DNA of 63,168 nt, counting the filler. It is 9 parts of 9 records of this genome, joined end to end, with 100 filler letters (N's around TTAATTAATTAA, not from the genome) between each part and the next. Parts side by side here need not be neighbours in the genome. Positions count along the whole stretch, not along the records: positions 1 to 5,776 come from SRR31147125_6322; positions 5,877 to 15,309 come from SRR31147125_6325; 7 more parts are not named here. One strand, written 5' to 3'. Made by a program: the position numbers and the translations under genes. This document shows positions 1-9,849 of the stretch, in pieces. Below the pieces are notes generated by a model that had not been told where the DNA came from, did not search any database, and saw nothing but the letters and a program-made list of their open reading frames with translations. Position 1 is the first letter of the stretch; every line of letters starts with the position of its first letter.

Positions 1-35
1 TTTTATACCAATCGAGACTCAAAAGGGAGAATATT

Positions 36-3000
36 GTGATTGGCAAAACAATATCCCACTACAAAATCCTCGATAAACTCGGCGAAGGCGGCAGGGGCAT
101 CGTTTACAAGGCTGAAGACACCAAACTCAAACGCACCATCGCGCTCAAATTTCTACCGCCAGAATTCAGCCGTGATGAAGCAGCTAAAGAACGCTTCATC
201 CGCGAAGCCCAGGCTGCATCCGCATTGGATCACTCAAACATTTGCACCATTTACGAAATCGATGAGACCGAGGATGGACAACTGTTCATCGCCATGGGCT
301 ACTACGAGGGCGAAACCCTGAATCAGAAAATCGAGCGTGGGCCATTAAAAATTGACGATGCTATTGAAATCGCCAAACAAATTGCGGATGGCCTGAGCAC
401 GGCCCATGAAAAAGGCATTGTCCACCGCGACATCAAGCCGGCCAATATCATGATCAATGTGCAGGGCGACGTCAAGATTCTCGATTTCGGATTGGCCAAG
501 CTTGCAGGGCAAACCAAACTGACGGTTACAGGCAGCACGCTGGGGACAGTCGCATACATGTCGCCGGAGCAGGCGCAGGGCCAGGCAGCCGATCATCGCA
601 CGGACATCTGGTCATTGGGTGTAATGTTGTACGAAATGATTGCAGGTCAACGACCGTTTCAGGGTGAGTACGATCAGGTTATGCTTTACAAAATCGTGAG
701 TGAACAGCCGGAGCCATTGACCGGGCTGCGCACTGGCGTTCCCATGGGATTGGAGAGGATTGTCACCAAAGCGCTGGCAAAGAATCATGATGAGCGATTT
801 CAGCATGTGGATGACATGATTGTAGATTTACGGCGGTTGGGGATAAGTTCAGAAAAAGTCTATCCACAGCCACCTTTTCCAAAACGAAACTTTCACAAGA
901 TGGTATTGGCCGGAGTTTTTCTATCAATTTTGATATCACTCACTATTGGGTATTTCACGATATTTTATCATCCGAAAGAGCAAGTTGAACGCATTTCCAT
1001 TGTAGTGGCGGATTTTGTGAATGAGACAAAAGAAGAAGAATTAGACGGACTTTCTGGAATGCTAATCACTGAATTAGATCAGTCTCGACGATTATCTGTG
1101 GTGACTCGTACACGTATGTTTGATATCCTCAAGCAAATGGGAAAGCAAGATGTTAGCCGTGTTGACGAAACGCTGGGCAGAGAAATGTGCAAACAGGCCG
1201 ATGTGGGCGCTCTTGCTATTGCTTCGATTCGAAAATTCGGTAAACTTTATACAATTGATCTTAAAATTATTGATGTTGAGAAGAATGAATATCTCTTCAC
1301 TACACGAGAACAAGGCGAAGGACAAGAAAGCATATTAGCTATGATTGATGAGCTTTCTAATAGAACGCGAAAAGGATTGAAGGAAAAGAGTGATGCAATA
1401 TTGCAGACAAGTCAGAAGGTGGCCGAAGTTATGACGTCAGATTTTGAAGCTTATAAGCATTACTTTAACGGTGTAACACTTATAAACAAATTAAGAGGCA
1501 GCGAAGCGCGCAAAGAATTCGAAAAAGCGATTGAGCTTGATTCGACATTTGGGCTTGCCTATTATCAACTTGCGAATGTAATTTCAGGAAAACATATGAA
1601 GCAAGAGTTATTGCAAAAAGCTTATAGCCTATCTGATCGTATTCCTGAAAGGGAAAGATATCTTGTTCGCGCTCAGAAAGCTGCTTTGGAAAAAGGGGGA
1701 GATACAGCTATCGAGATTCTGAAAGAAATGGAAAAAATATATCCAAATGATAAAGAAATGCTTTTTCAAATCGGGCGACGGTCAGTCAACTTTGGTCATT
1801 TTGCTGTTGCAGCAGATTATCTCGAAAAAGTTTTAAAACTGGACCCTCTATTTGAACGTGCACTACAGTATTTAATATCTTCGTATCGATATATGGGCGA
1901 TACTAAAAAAGCATTGGAAACTACTGAGCGCTTTAAAACAATAAATCCAGAAGCAGGAACTCTAAATCTTGCTGTGCTCTATGCGTTACAAGGTGATTAT
2001 ATTAATGCTATAGAAAATTATAATAAAGTTTTGGAAATTAACTCGGGGTCTGCACGTGCGTACGAAGGATTGATCTCGATATATCGACATATAAAACGTT
2101 ATGATGAAATGCTACAAATTGCCAAGCGCTACGCATTGGAAGCACGTTCTCCCAATTTCGTTAATATTGCATATGCTTATGCAACAGGGGGCGATTTTAC
2201 CGGTGGAAGTGAAACACTTCAAATGGCGTTAGAATTACGTCCTGAGTATGCTGCTTCTATTACTTTAGCCATTGCGGATTTGTATATGTTCAACGAGCAA
2301 TATGAGAAAGCGGAGGCTGTATTAATGTCATTCGCTAAAGCACCACAATCCCGACAATATATTCGAGACGCGAATGATGAGCTCTATCGGCTTTATCTTT
2401 ATTTAGGGAAATATCGCGAGGCTTTGGAACTATGTGACAAATTAATAGAACTAAACGCGAAAGCTGGCCTTATAACTGATATGGCTCGAATCCACATTCG
2501 GAAGTCGCTCATCCATATCTGGGGCTGGAATAATATAAACAGTGCCTTAAAGGAAGCAGAGAAGACATTTGAGTTCCAGAACAGGATTGGATCCATCTAT
2601 TGGCATCACCTTTTTTACTATCATGTGTTTCATGGCGACTATGAATTGGCCGAAAAAATCCGAACTGAAAAATTTATGGGGGCATATGCGAAAGATATCC
2701 ATTTATCGGTCTTCTACAGTGTGAGGGGTGAATGCACAGAAGCGGCGGCAATTGCCGACACTGTTTTAAACGTCCAAAGACCAAGAGGACTAAGAGGATT
2801 ATTATTTAGAGGGGCTTATGGAATCATTATGCTTTATCAGCTTGCGTACTGTCAGTTTAAGTCTGGGCAATTGGACAAGGCGATAGAAAATCTGTTAATG
2901 TTGCAAAAAACCTATTCCAACAACTTCGGTTACCGAGGTGCTTATTTCCCAAAGAGTTTCTATCTTATGGGCAAAATATACGAACAAAAAGGTGATAAAA

Positions 3001-3119
3001 TAAATGCTATCAAAAATTATGAAAAGCTGTTAGAACTCTGGAAGAATGCAGATGAGGATTTGGTGGATCTCGAAAAAGCAAGAAAAAGATATGAGCTGTT
3101 AAAGATGGAACATTTATAA
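36..3119 (+). CDS. Membrane Hanks-type Ser/Thr protein kinase with C-terminal TolB/CsgG-like and TPR region
   Basis: Kinase motifs LGEGGRG, IALK, HRDIKPAN, DFG, YMSPEQ. Hydrophobic TM segment MVLAGVFLSILISLTIGYFTIF, followed by many TPR-like helices. GTG start with GGGAG RBS. Confidence 0.93.
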   Translation: MIGKTISHYKILDKLGEGGRGIVYKAEDTKLKRTIALKFLPPEFSRDEAAKERFIREAQAASALDHSNICTIYEIDETEDGQLFIAMGYYEGETLNQKIERGPLKIDDAIEIAKQIADGLSTAHEKGIVHRDIKPANIMINVQGDVKILDFGLAKLAGQTKLTVTGSTLGTVAYMSPEQAQGQAADHRTDIWSLGVMLYEMIAGQRPFQGEYDQVMLYKIVSEQPEPLTGLRTGVPMGLERIVTKALAKNHDERFQHVDDMIVDLRRLGISSEKVYPQPPFPKRNFHKMVLAGVFLSILISLTIGYFTIFYHPKEQVERISIVVADFVNETKEEELDGLSGMLITELDQSRRLSVVTRTRMFDILKQMGKQDVSRVDETLGREMCKQADVGALAIASIRKFGKLYTIDLKIIDVEKNEYLFTTREQGEGQESILAMIDELSNRTRKGLKEKSDAILQTSQKVAEVMTSDFEAYKHYFNGVTLINKLRGSEARKEFEKAIELDSTFGLAYYQLANVISGKHMKQELLQKAYSLSDRIPERERYLVRAQKAALEKGGDTAIEILKEMEKIYPNDKEMLFQIGRRSVNFGHFAVAADYLEKVLKLDPLFERALQYLISSYRYMGDTKKALETTERFKTINPEAGTLNLAVLYALQGDYINAIENYNKVLEINSGSARAYEGLISIYRHIKRYDEMLQIAKRYALEARSPNFVNIAYAYATGGDFTGGSETLQMALELRPEYAASITLAIADLYMFNEQYEKAEAVLMSFAKAPQSRQYIRDANDELYRLYLYLGKYREALELCDKLIELNAKAGLITDMARIHIRKSLIHIWGWNNINSALKEAEKTFEFQNRIGSIYWHHLFYYHVFHGDYELAEKIRTEKFMGAYAKDIHLSVFYSVRGECTEAAAIADTVLNVQRPRGLRGLLFRGAYGIIMLYQLAYCQFKSGQLDKAIENLLMLQKTYSNNFGYRGAYFPKSFYLMGKIYEQKGDKINAIKNYEKLLELWKNADEDLVDLEKARKRYELLKMEHL

Positions 3120-3298
3120 AATGAGTCACTTGGCTTCCGTCATGTCATTGTCAACATTCATAACCTGATTATGGATCACTATTATTTTGTGATATGAGAA
3201 AAAGAAATAAGGTTGATTTTCTAGTTGGACACCAATAAGAAACAGACCTGGAAACAGAAACGGTCTGTCTCTCTGAATAACTTTTGGGAGGGATTTTG

Positions 3299-4837
3299 AT
3301 GCCAATCGCAGAAAGGCAAGACAGAGTAAGTAGTGAATTTGAAACGAACAAATTGTTTGAGCTCGCAACAATTTTGAGTCACCAAAACGATTTTAATGAA
3401 ATTACCCGGATTATTATTCAAAGAGCTGTTAACCTGTTCAAGGCTGATATCGCTCTTTTACTTTTGTTGAATCCAAAAACTCATCATACTATAAAGACTA
3501 TTTGCAAAGAAGGCGATGAAATAACTCATCCTCATTATCATAGCGTGCAAAATCTTTTAAGTGGCTGGATCATTATAAACAGATCCTCTTTTTTTAGTCA
3601 AAACATTAAAAACGATGCACGATTTAAGTCGCTAAAATTGCGAGATATAAATGTTAAATCCATTCTGGGCGTTCCCCTATGGGCTGAAGGTGTTATTATC
3701 GGCACTATTATTCTTGTTTCGCAAGATCCTATACGTGAATTTTGTAAAAAAGAGTTGGAATACCTTGAGAAAATAGCCCTTATCGTTGCACCATTATTAA
3801 GGAATCATCAACATATTCAAGACTATTTTGAATCCCCACTGCCAGAGGAAGCCCTGCTTTTAAAGTACCGGCCTTTAGGATTGCTGGGAAAGAGTGGTAA
3901 ATTTATTTCCTTGTTAAAGATGATAGAATCAGCCATTCGGTGTGATGTTCGTGTTATTTTGGAGGGGCAGAGTGGAACAGGAAAAGAGCGCATTGCAAGA
4001 GCTATTCATCAACTTGGATCCAGAAACTCAAAGCCATTTGTTGCTATAGACTGTGGTGCTATTCCTGAACACTTGATAGAGAGTGAACTATTCGGGCACA
4101 CCAAAGGGGCGTTTACAGGCGCCATCAGTGACCGAAAAGGCTTTTTCGAAGAAGCGCATGGTGGTACACTTTTTATGGACGAGATCAATAATTTGCCAAA
4201 AGAAATGCAATCCAAGCTTATGCGCGTTTTGCAGGAAAATGAAATTCGTCCGGTTGGCAGCAACAGACCAAGGATTGTTGATGTTCGTGTCATTACAGCT
4301 TCAAGTGAATTATTGCATAAATTGGTAGAACAAAAAAAGTTCCGTGAGGATTTATTTTACAGACTCTATGTATATCCGATTCATGTCCCATCTCTGGCTA
4401 GTCGCAAGCAAGATATACCACTTTTAGCACATTACTTTTTACAGAAATTTGCAGAGAAACAAGGCAAAAAGGTCCACTCTTTCCACGAAGAAATACTTGA
4501 TTATATGAAACAACGATCATGGGAAGGAAATATACGGGAGCTGGAAAATTTTGTTGAACGATTGGTTACGCTTTCACGAGCGGGTTCAAAACAGATCACA
4601 AAAAATACTTTACCCGAGGATCTTGCAAAAGAATTTAAAAAATTTAAACCTATGGATGAAGAATCATTTGTTGTCATCTCATTGGATGAGAGTTTAGAAC
4701 AGTTTGAGGAAAAGCTAATACGAAAAGCGCTTTCCCGGAGTAAATGGAACCAGTCCCAGGCAGCGCGGGCTTTAAAGATCCCAGTACAAACCCTTCGATA
4801 CAGAATGACGAAATTGGGTATCCACAGTTCAACTTGA
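3299..4837 (+). CDS. Sigma54-dependent enhancer-binding protein (GAF-AAA+-Fis HTH)
   Basis: Walker A GQSGTGKE, ESELFGHTKGAFTGA, Walker B LFMDEI, FREDLFYRL, WEGNIRELEN, HTH NQSQAARALKI, N-terminal GAF-like region. ATG at 3299 follows GGAGG. Confidence 0.93.
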   Translation: MPIAERQDRVSSEFETNKLFELATILSHQNDFNEITRIIIQRAVNLFKADIALLLLLNPKTHHTIKTICKEGDEITHPHYHSVQNLLSGWIIINRSSFFSQNIKNDARFKSLKLRDINVKSILGVPLWAEGVIIGTIILVSQDPIREFCKKELEYLEKIALIVAPLLRNHQHIQDYFESPLPEEALLLKYRPLGLLGKSGKFISLLKMIESAIRCDVRVILEGQSGTGKERIARAIHQLGSRNSKPFVAIDCGAIPEHLIESELFGHTKGAFTGAISDRKGFFEEAHGGTLFMDEINNLPKEMQSKLMRVLQENEIRPVGSNRPRIVDVRVITASSELLHKLVEQKKFREDLFYRLYVYPIHVPSLASRKQDIPLLAHYFLQKFAEKQGKKVHSFHEEILDYMKQRSWEGNIRELENFVERLVTLSRAGSKQITKNTLPEDLAKEFKKFKPMDEESFVVISLDESLEQFEEKLIRKALSRSKWNQSQAARALKIPVQTLRYRMTKLGIHSST

Positions 4838-5135
4838 CAGAAAGGGCTGGTTTACGAGTTGGCTTTTCATTCTGTTTAAACAATAATCATTTTATCTTTT
4901 GAAAAATCGATAACTCTCTTTTTTTACCTCCCGGTCTTCAAATTATTTAAAATATCTCATATAAACTATTCTATTTACAAGTATTTTCAAACCTAACTCT
5001 ATAATATTCAAAAGAAATTTATTGACGAAAAATTGTAAAGAATTCGCTCTGAAAAATAACTTTTAGTTGAATGTAATAAGTTGTTTAATATTTTATAAAT
5101 TAAGCAATTAGATCTGTTTGTGGGAGCTGCTGTGT

Positions 5136-5153
5136 TTTGGCACAACTGTTGAA
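5136..5153 (+). promoter_or_regulatory. Putative sigma54 (-24/-12) promoter
   Basis: TTTGGCACAACTGTTGAA is GG-N10-GA (GA in place of GC at -12). It lies about 110 nt before the next ATG and directly downstream of an EBP gene. Confidence 0.65.
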
Positions 5154-5262
5154 TAGACTCAAAGTGAATTTTATCATTAAAGACATCTATAGATGAAAAA
5201 AGGGCCCTCTTGAATTCAATAAATAGTTTAATGAACAGAAACTATTAAAGGAGGGACACGTC

Positions 5263-5730
5263 ATGAAATTACCAAGAGATCTAATGCTGCTTTCAATAGC
5301 AGTCCTTTTTGGAGGGGCTGCATTTCTGGCCTGCACCGATAGTGGGTCCAGTTTTATTGGGCCAGATGAAAGTGTAGAATCAAGCATTTCAGGACTGGCA
5401 TTATTGAAAAATGGTGCTGAAATACTTGAAGTCAAGGGTACTTCAGTGAGAGGACAGGTAAGTATCAAAAATGGTTTAAATGGCGATATTTATGAAGTAG
5501 AATTTCGGGATGATAATGAGGAGGTTGTGGATTTAGTGGGCGATAATTATGGGTTATGCTGTAATTTTGAAAATGACGCTTGTGCTGGTATGGAACGAAA
5601 TGATGACCTGGCCAGGTTTCAATTTAATCTTTGTGGACACAGAAAGGGTGAGACCAAATTCAATGTCATTCTGGTTAAAGAGAGCAAGGAAATCTATAAA
5701 AGTGCTGCCATACCACTTGAAGTACGATAA
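5263..5730 (+). CDS. Lipoprotein of unknown function
   Basis: Signal peptide with lipobox FLA-C, AAGGAGG RBS, beta-rich body with 4 further Cys. Confidence 0.8.
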   Translation: MKLPRDLMLLSIAVLFGGAAFLACTDSGSSFIGPDESVESSISGLALLKNGAEILEVKGTSVRGQVSIKNGLNGDIYEVEFRDDNEEVVDLVGDNYGLCCNFENDACAGMERNDDLARFQFNLCGHRKGETKFNVILVKESKEIYKSAAIPLEVR

Positions 5731-5776
5731 ATAAAATCAATACCCCTCAGGATCGAGAATAAATTACTTATTCTCC

Positions 5777-5876
5777 NNNNNNNNNNNNNNNNNNNNNNNN
5801 NNNNNNNNNNNNNNNNNNNNTTAATTAATTAANNNNNNNNNNNNNNNNNNNNNNNNNNNNNNNNNNNNNNNNNNNN
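5777..5876. other. Artificial contig spacer
   Basis: 44 N + TTAATTAATTAA + 44 N. Confidence 0.99.
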
Positions 5877-5883
5877 GCGACGA

Positions 5884-5908
5884 TCGAGTACGAGTACGTG
5901 TACGAACG
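5884..5908. repeat. Short G(A/T)GTAC hexamer tandem repeat at contig end
   Basis: TCGAGTACGAGTACGTGTACGAA. Confidence 0.45.
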
Positions 5909-5929
5909 CGCTTAAGTCAATGACATTGC

Positions 5930-8054
5930 CTATATAGGTATAAAAATCATGCAGATGATGTCATTGATATAGCCGTCGCCTCTTTTGTATTCCCGATAAC
6001 CATTGGAGACTTGAAGACCCATCGCATAGGTGTGAGATTCCATCTCCACAATGGTAGAGTGGCGCTCACCGTTTTCGTACTGGAAGAAGATGTCATCCAA
6101 CGGCAGTTTCATTGCCACTGGATATTCCGGGCTGGTCGAGGAGACGATCGTCTTCGCCCGGTCGGATAGTACGCCAAAGCTGCCCGCCACGATCTCTTTG
6201 TTTTCATCTTTTGGTAATGTGTCCATCAACATCGCCCTGAACTGGGGTTGTGAATCGAAAACAATCTGGATGACGCCTACGCAGCGGCTGTCCCTTTGAG
6301 GATCTCTTACCGCTGTGCTGTAGATATAGGTCGGGCGTCCGCCATAAAGAGGCGTAGGCTCGAAGTCGGAGACACAGTAATCCTTGCTCGAGGAGAGCGA
6401 TAGCGCTTTATTGACGAGATCCATATTCAATTGCGCGCCCACAAACTCCTGTCCTTTTGGCAGCCCATCCCTGACAAACTGCTCTTGCAGCCCCTCGGGA
6501 GGCATCGATGTGGCGACGACGACACCATTTTTGTCGGCCAATACAAGGCGTAAGTAGGGCGTATAGAGGTCATTGATATACTGCAGGTTGTCAGTAAGTG
6601 CATGGCGGTCGCTATCGGTCAGCTCTTCATCGTGGTGTTTGGTGAGCAGTGAACGGAACATTGGTGTCAGGGCCCACCAGCATACATCGTTTGCGCGCTC
6701 ATAGAGGTTTCTGTCCGCGATATTGTTGCCTTGAAATGCGCGGAATTGCACTTCGTTGAACAGTGATGCGACAATCGTTTGCTGAAGATTCTCTATGGCT
6801 TCGGAAAAAAGGGCGTTGACCTCTTCACCAACCCATTTAACGAAGTGAAGGACCTCTACAAACACTTTGGCGTCGAATTTCTGTGCATTGATCTGTCCGT
6901 TGACGCTGTCGATCTTCATGTCGTCCAGCAGATCTTCGGATTTGTTTTTGATGTGCGCAAGCTCTTTTGAAAAATCGCGTAGTTTTTGAATGACATCTTT
7001 ATCGAGGGTGTTGCCGTTCCGTTCATTTTTAAACGCGGTTTGAGTTTCGATCATGGCCATGCCATACCAGGTCAATCCGAAGAATCCCTGATAACCGTCG
7101 GTCTCCATGGTGTTGACCAGATAGGATTTGCCGTTAAACGTCAAAAACCTGAAGTCATCTTCCAGCTCCACGGGTATGTTTGTATTAGGAGGTAAAATTG
7201 CCGGATTGTTCGAGCAGAGGACATTGCCGCCATCATCGAGAACGGATAGAATAATTTGGTCGTTTCCCTGGTTCAGGTCTTTGAAAATACTTTCCATTTC
7301 ATCTTCGAAGTCGAAGCACAGGCACAATGTCCCCAAGGCTGTGCGCGTCTCGGGGTCCTCGATTTTTTGAGAGTAAATTAAGATGTTGCCTCTGCCGGGC
7401 ATCAAGTCGGTCGGTCGGAACGTCTCAAGATATTTGTCTGTATAAGCATCGTCATGAAGATCGATGGCTTGTGTGCGCGCCGGCAATGGGTCTGTGGAGT
7501 AGGCAATGTGATTGTTGGGGTCCAGATTGGCCAGAACCTTTCCCGCCATGTCAAGAATGACAATCTCATTGTAGACGGTATATTCGTACTGGTAATCAGC
7601 CAGTCGTCTGCGAACCAATTCAGCTTGCACTCCGACACGCTCCGCATCTTGTGTGTTGCGGGCCAGTTTAAGCAGGTCGACGATTTCGGCGTCCGTGGCC
7701 AGATAACCGACATCTGCCGTGCGCTCGAATAGATTGCGTTTAAGTATGTTAATCGTGAATTTGGCTGAATCTGTAAGTTCGAAAACGGTTTTTTTGACCA
7801 TTTCGAATAGGATTGCATCAACGAGCCGCTGCTGTATCTCACCGTATTTGGTTTTGGTGGAGAGCATGTCCTCGATCAAAGGGCCAAAAAGATTGGAAAG
7901 CCTCGGCTTTCATGCTGCCATTTTCGATTTTTCCGGATGAAATAGCCCCTGCCCATCGTTTGTTAATGGCATGGAACATCGAAATGTAGTTGGAAACGTA
8001 GGGAATGGAACTCAGTAATTGCTCTTTATGGTGTTCGATAATGCTTTGGTCCAT
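5930..8054 (-). CDS. Cytoplasmic duplicated Cache-like chemotaxis-associated protein, frameshifted near 7905
   Basis: Two homologous halves (NLFERTADVGYLATD and NLYERANDVCWWALT), each followed by a Cache-like alpha/beta region; no TM helix. ORF 7839..8054 joins ORF 5930..7879 if one base is removed (MKPRLSNLFGPLIEDM). Confidence 0.75.
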
Positions 8055-8166
8055 CTCAGCTCCTATGGAGTTTCACGGCAGAATTGATGCATCGGGGAGG
8101 ATTGAGGCGTAATGTTATACATTTTTGTAATATATGTTTGGGTCAAACTCAAATTTGTCATTATCA

Positions 8167-8193
8167 TTATCGGAATGCTCGGGAATAGCATAA
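8167..8193 (-). promoter_or_regulatory. Putative sigma28 (FliA) promoter
   Basis: Minus strand TTATG-N14-TCCGATAA, about 110 nt upstream of the 8054 start. Confidence 0.45.
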
Positions 8194-8446
8194 GCAAAAA
8201 ATTGATTTTTTAAAATTCATTTCACCGGATTTGGTGGAGAGGAGGGAGTTGCCACAATTGTTAAGCAGAAGGTGGCAACATTGGCATGGCAGAGGACGCC
8301 AGTCAGACTGCAGGCCAAGGCGACCTCATTCCAGTGTGTTTGGACACACTGGGCGCCTGCTTGAGTTGCTTGTCGGAAACAACCGGCTGATGTTGCCCGC
8401 TCTGTTTGGCCTCAATCGTTCACCTTTGGAGGCAAAGCCTTGAGAC

Positions 8447-8869
8447 TTAATTTCTAAGCACGCCGCATCGGAGCACGGGAAGCAGAAACGCAGCCATGAA
8501 AACCGTGTTGGGCACTGCATTCAGCGCAAAACCGGTAAGGACGGAGAGGGTGCTGTCGATAACGAACCAACTCGCCACGGAAACGGTAATCAAACCCCAG
8601 ATCGACTTGCCGGTCTGCAAGTCAAGTCGGTTTGCGGCCTTTGTAGCTGCCAGCAGGGTGATGCTCCAACCGATGGTTACGGCCCCAAGGACCGCAAGGC
8701 TGAAACGCATGTGGTGGTCGAGTGCGAATTCACCCGGCCCGTTTAATAGCGCGAAGATAATACGAACCGGGCCGCTTGTGGCCTTTAAGCCACCCATCGC
8801 AAGAACAACACCGAACAGTCCTACCGCCCAGCACCATCCGTTCATCCAGTTTTTCCAGAATCCAGTCAT
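8447..8869 (-). CDS. Small multi-TM membrane protein
   Basis: About 4 hydrophobic segments, GGAG RBS, divergent from the XRE/MmyB regulator. Confidence 0.8.
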   Translation of the reverse strand: MTGFWKNWMNGWCWAVGLFGVVLAMGGLKATSGPVRIIFALLNGPGEFALDHHMRFSLAVLGAVTIGWSITLLAATKAANRLDLQTGKSIWGLITVSVASWFVIDSTLSVLTGFALNAVPNTVFMAAFLLPVLRCGVLRN

Positions 8870-8931
8870 TTTATGCTCCCATATTGAATTTGCTGTTTCG
8901 CTATAGTAACCGTTTAAGGTAAAGAAAGCTA

Positions 8932-8946
8932 TTACCTTGGAGGTAA
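8932..8946. promoter_or_regulatory. Palindromic operator candidate for the XRE/MmyB regulator
   Basis: TTACCT-TGG-AGGTAA perfect inverted repeat overlapping the regulator RBS between divergent genes. Confidence 0.6.
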
Positions 8947-8951
8947 AATTG

Positions 8952-9758
8952 ATGCAAAATTTGACGATAGATAGAAAAAAGAGAGAATCGGCAGGTGATA
9001 TTTTGCGGTTCTGGCGGAAAAAGAATAAAATCAGTCAACTGGATTTGTCCTTGGACGTTGGCGTCTCCTCCAAGCATTTGAGTTTCGTGGAGACCGGTAA
9101 ATCCCGGCCAAGCCGAGCCCTGGTCTTAAAAATGGCCCACTCCTTAAGATTGCCGCTGAGGCACCGGAATGCAGTTTTAAAGGCAGCCGGTTATGCCGCC
9201 GAGTTTGGCGAGGAACCGTTTGACGGGCAGAAGATGAAGATCGTCCGGCAGGCATTGCGTCGCATGTTGGAAAATCATGAACCCTACCCGGCTTTTGTGG
9301 TCAATTCGGGGTATCAGATTTTAATGGCCAACACCGGATTTGACCAACTTGTCAAATTCTACCTCGGTGAAAACGGGCTGAACAAGCACGACAACGCTTA
9401 TCGACTCACCTTCGCAGAAGATGGCTTGCGGCAGTATATAAAAGATTGGCCGGTGGTGGCGCATTTTATGCTCGGTCGATTATGGGAAGAGATGGTTTCT
9501 GCTCAGAGTGATGGTTTATTCGAACTGTATGACGAGATGTCAAAGCTAAGCAGCGGTGAGGCTCCAATCGATTTTCAGGTGGATCATAATCTTCCTTTCA
9601 TGCGTTTTGCCTTGGTAAAAGATTCAATGGAGGCGAGTTTTTTTACTACTATTACTACTCTTGGGACCCCTCTGGATTTAACAACCCAAGAGCTTCGAAT
9701 CGAGTCTCTTTTTCCGGTCGATGAAGAGACAAAGCAGATGTTTCCACTAACCGAATAA
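8952..9758 (+). CDS. XRE-family HTH regulator with MmyB-like ligand-binding domain
   Basis: SQLDLSLDVGVSSKHLSFVETGKSRPS HTH, HEPYPAFVV, TTLGTPLDLTTQELRIE. Confidence 0.9.
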   Translation: MQNLTIDRKKRESAGDILRFWRKKNKISQLDLSLDVGVSSKHLSFVETGKSRPSRALVLKMAHSLRLPLRHRNAVLKAAGYAAEFGEEPFDGQKMKIVRQALRRMLENHEPYPAFVVNSGYQILMANTGFDQLVKFYLGENGLNKHDNAYRLTFAEDGLRQYIKDWPVVAHFMLGRLWEEMVSAQSDGLFELYDEMSKLSSGEAPIDFQVDHNLPFMRFALVKDSMEASFFTTITTLGTPLDLTTQELRIESLFPVDEETKQMFPLTE

Positions 9759-9849
9759 GAAAATATGTCTCAGCCCGATGGCAATTGAATGCCCCGCGAT
9801 AGATGTGGCCCATTTATCATTCAAACCGATCCACGACTTGCGATTGAAA

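Noticed and set aside
3242-3268. ACAGACC/GGTCTGT inverted repeat between kinase and EBP
   Set aside because: Short stem, 13-nt loop and no T-run. It cannot be assigned as terminator or operator.
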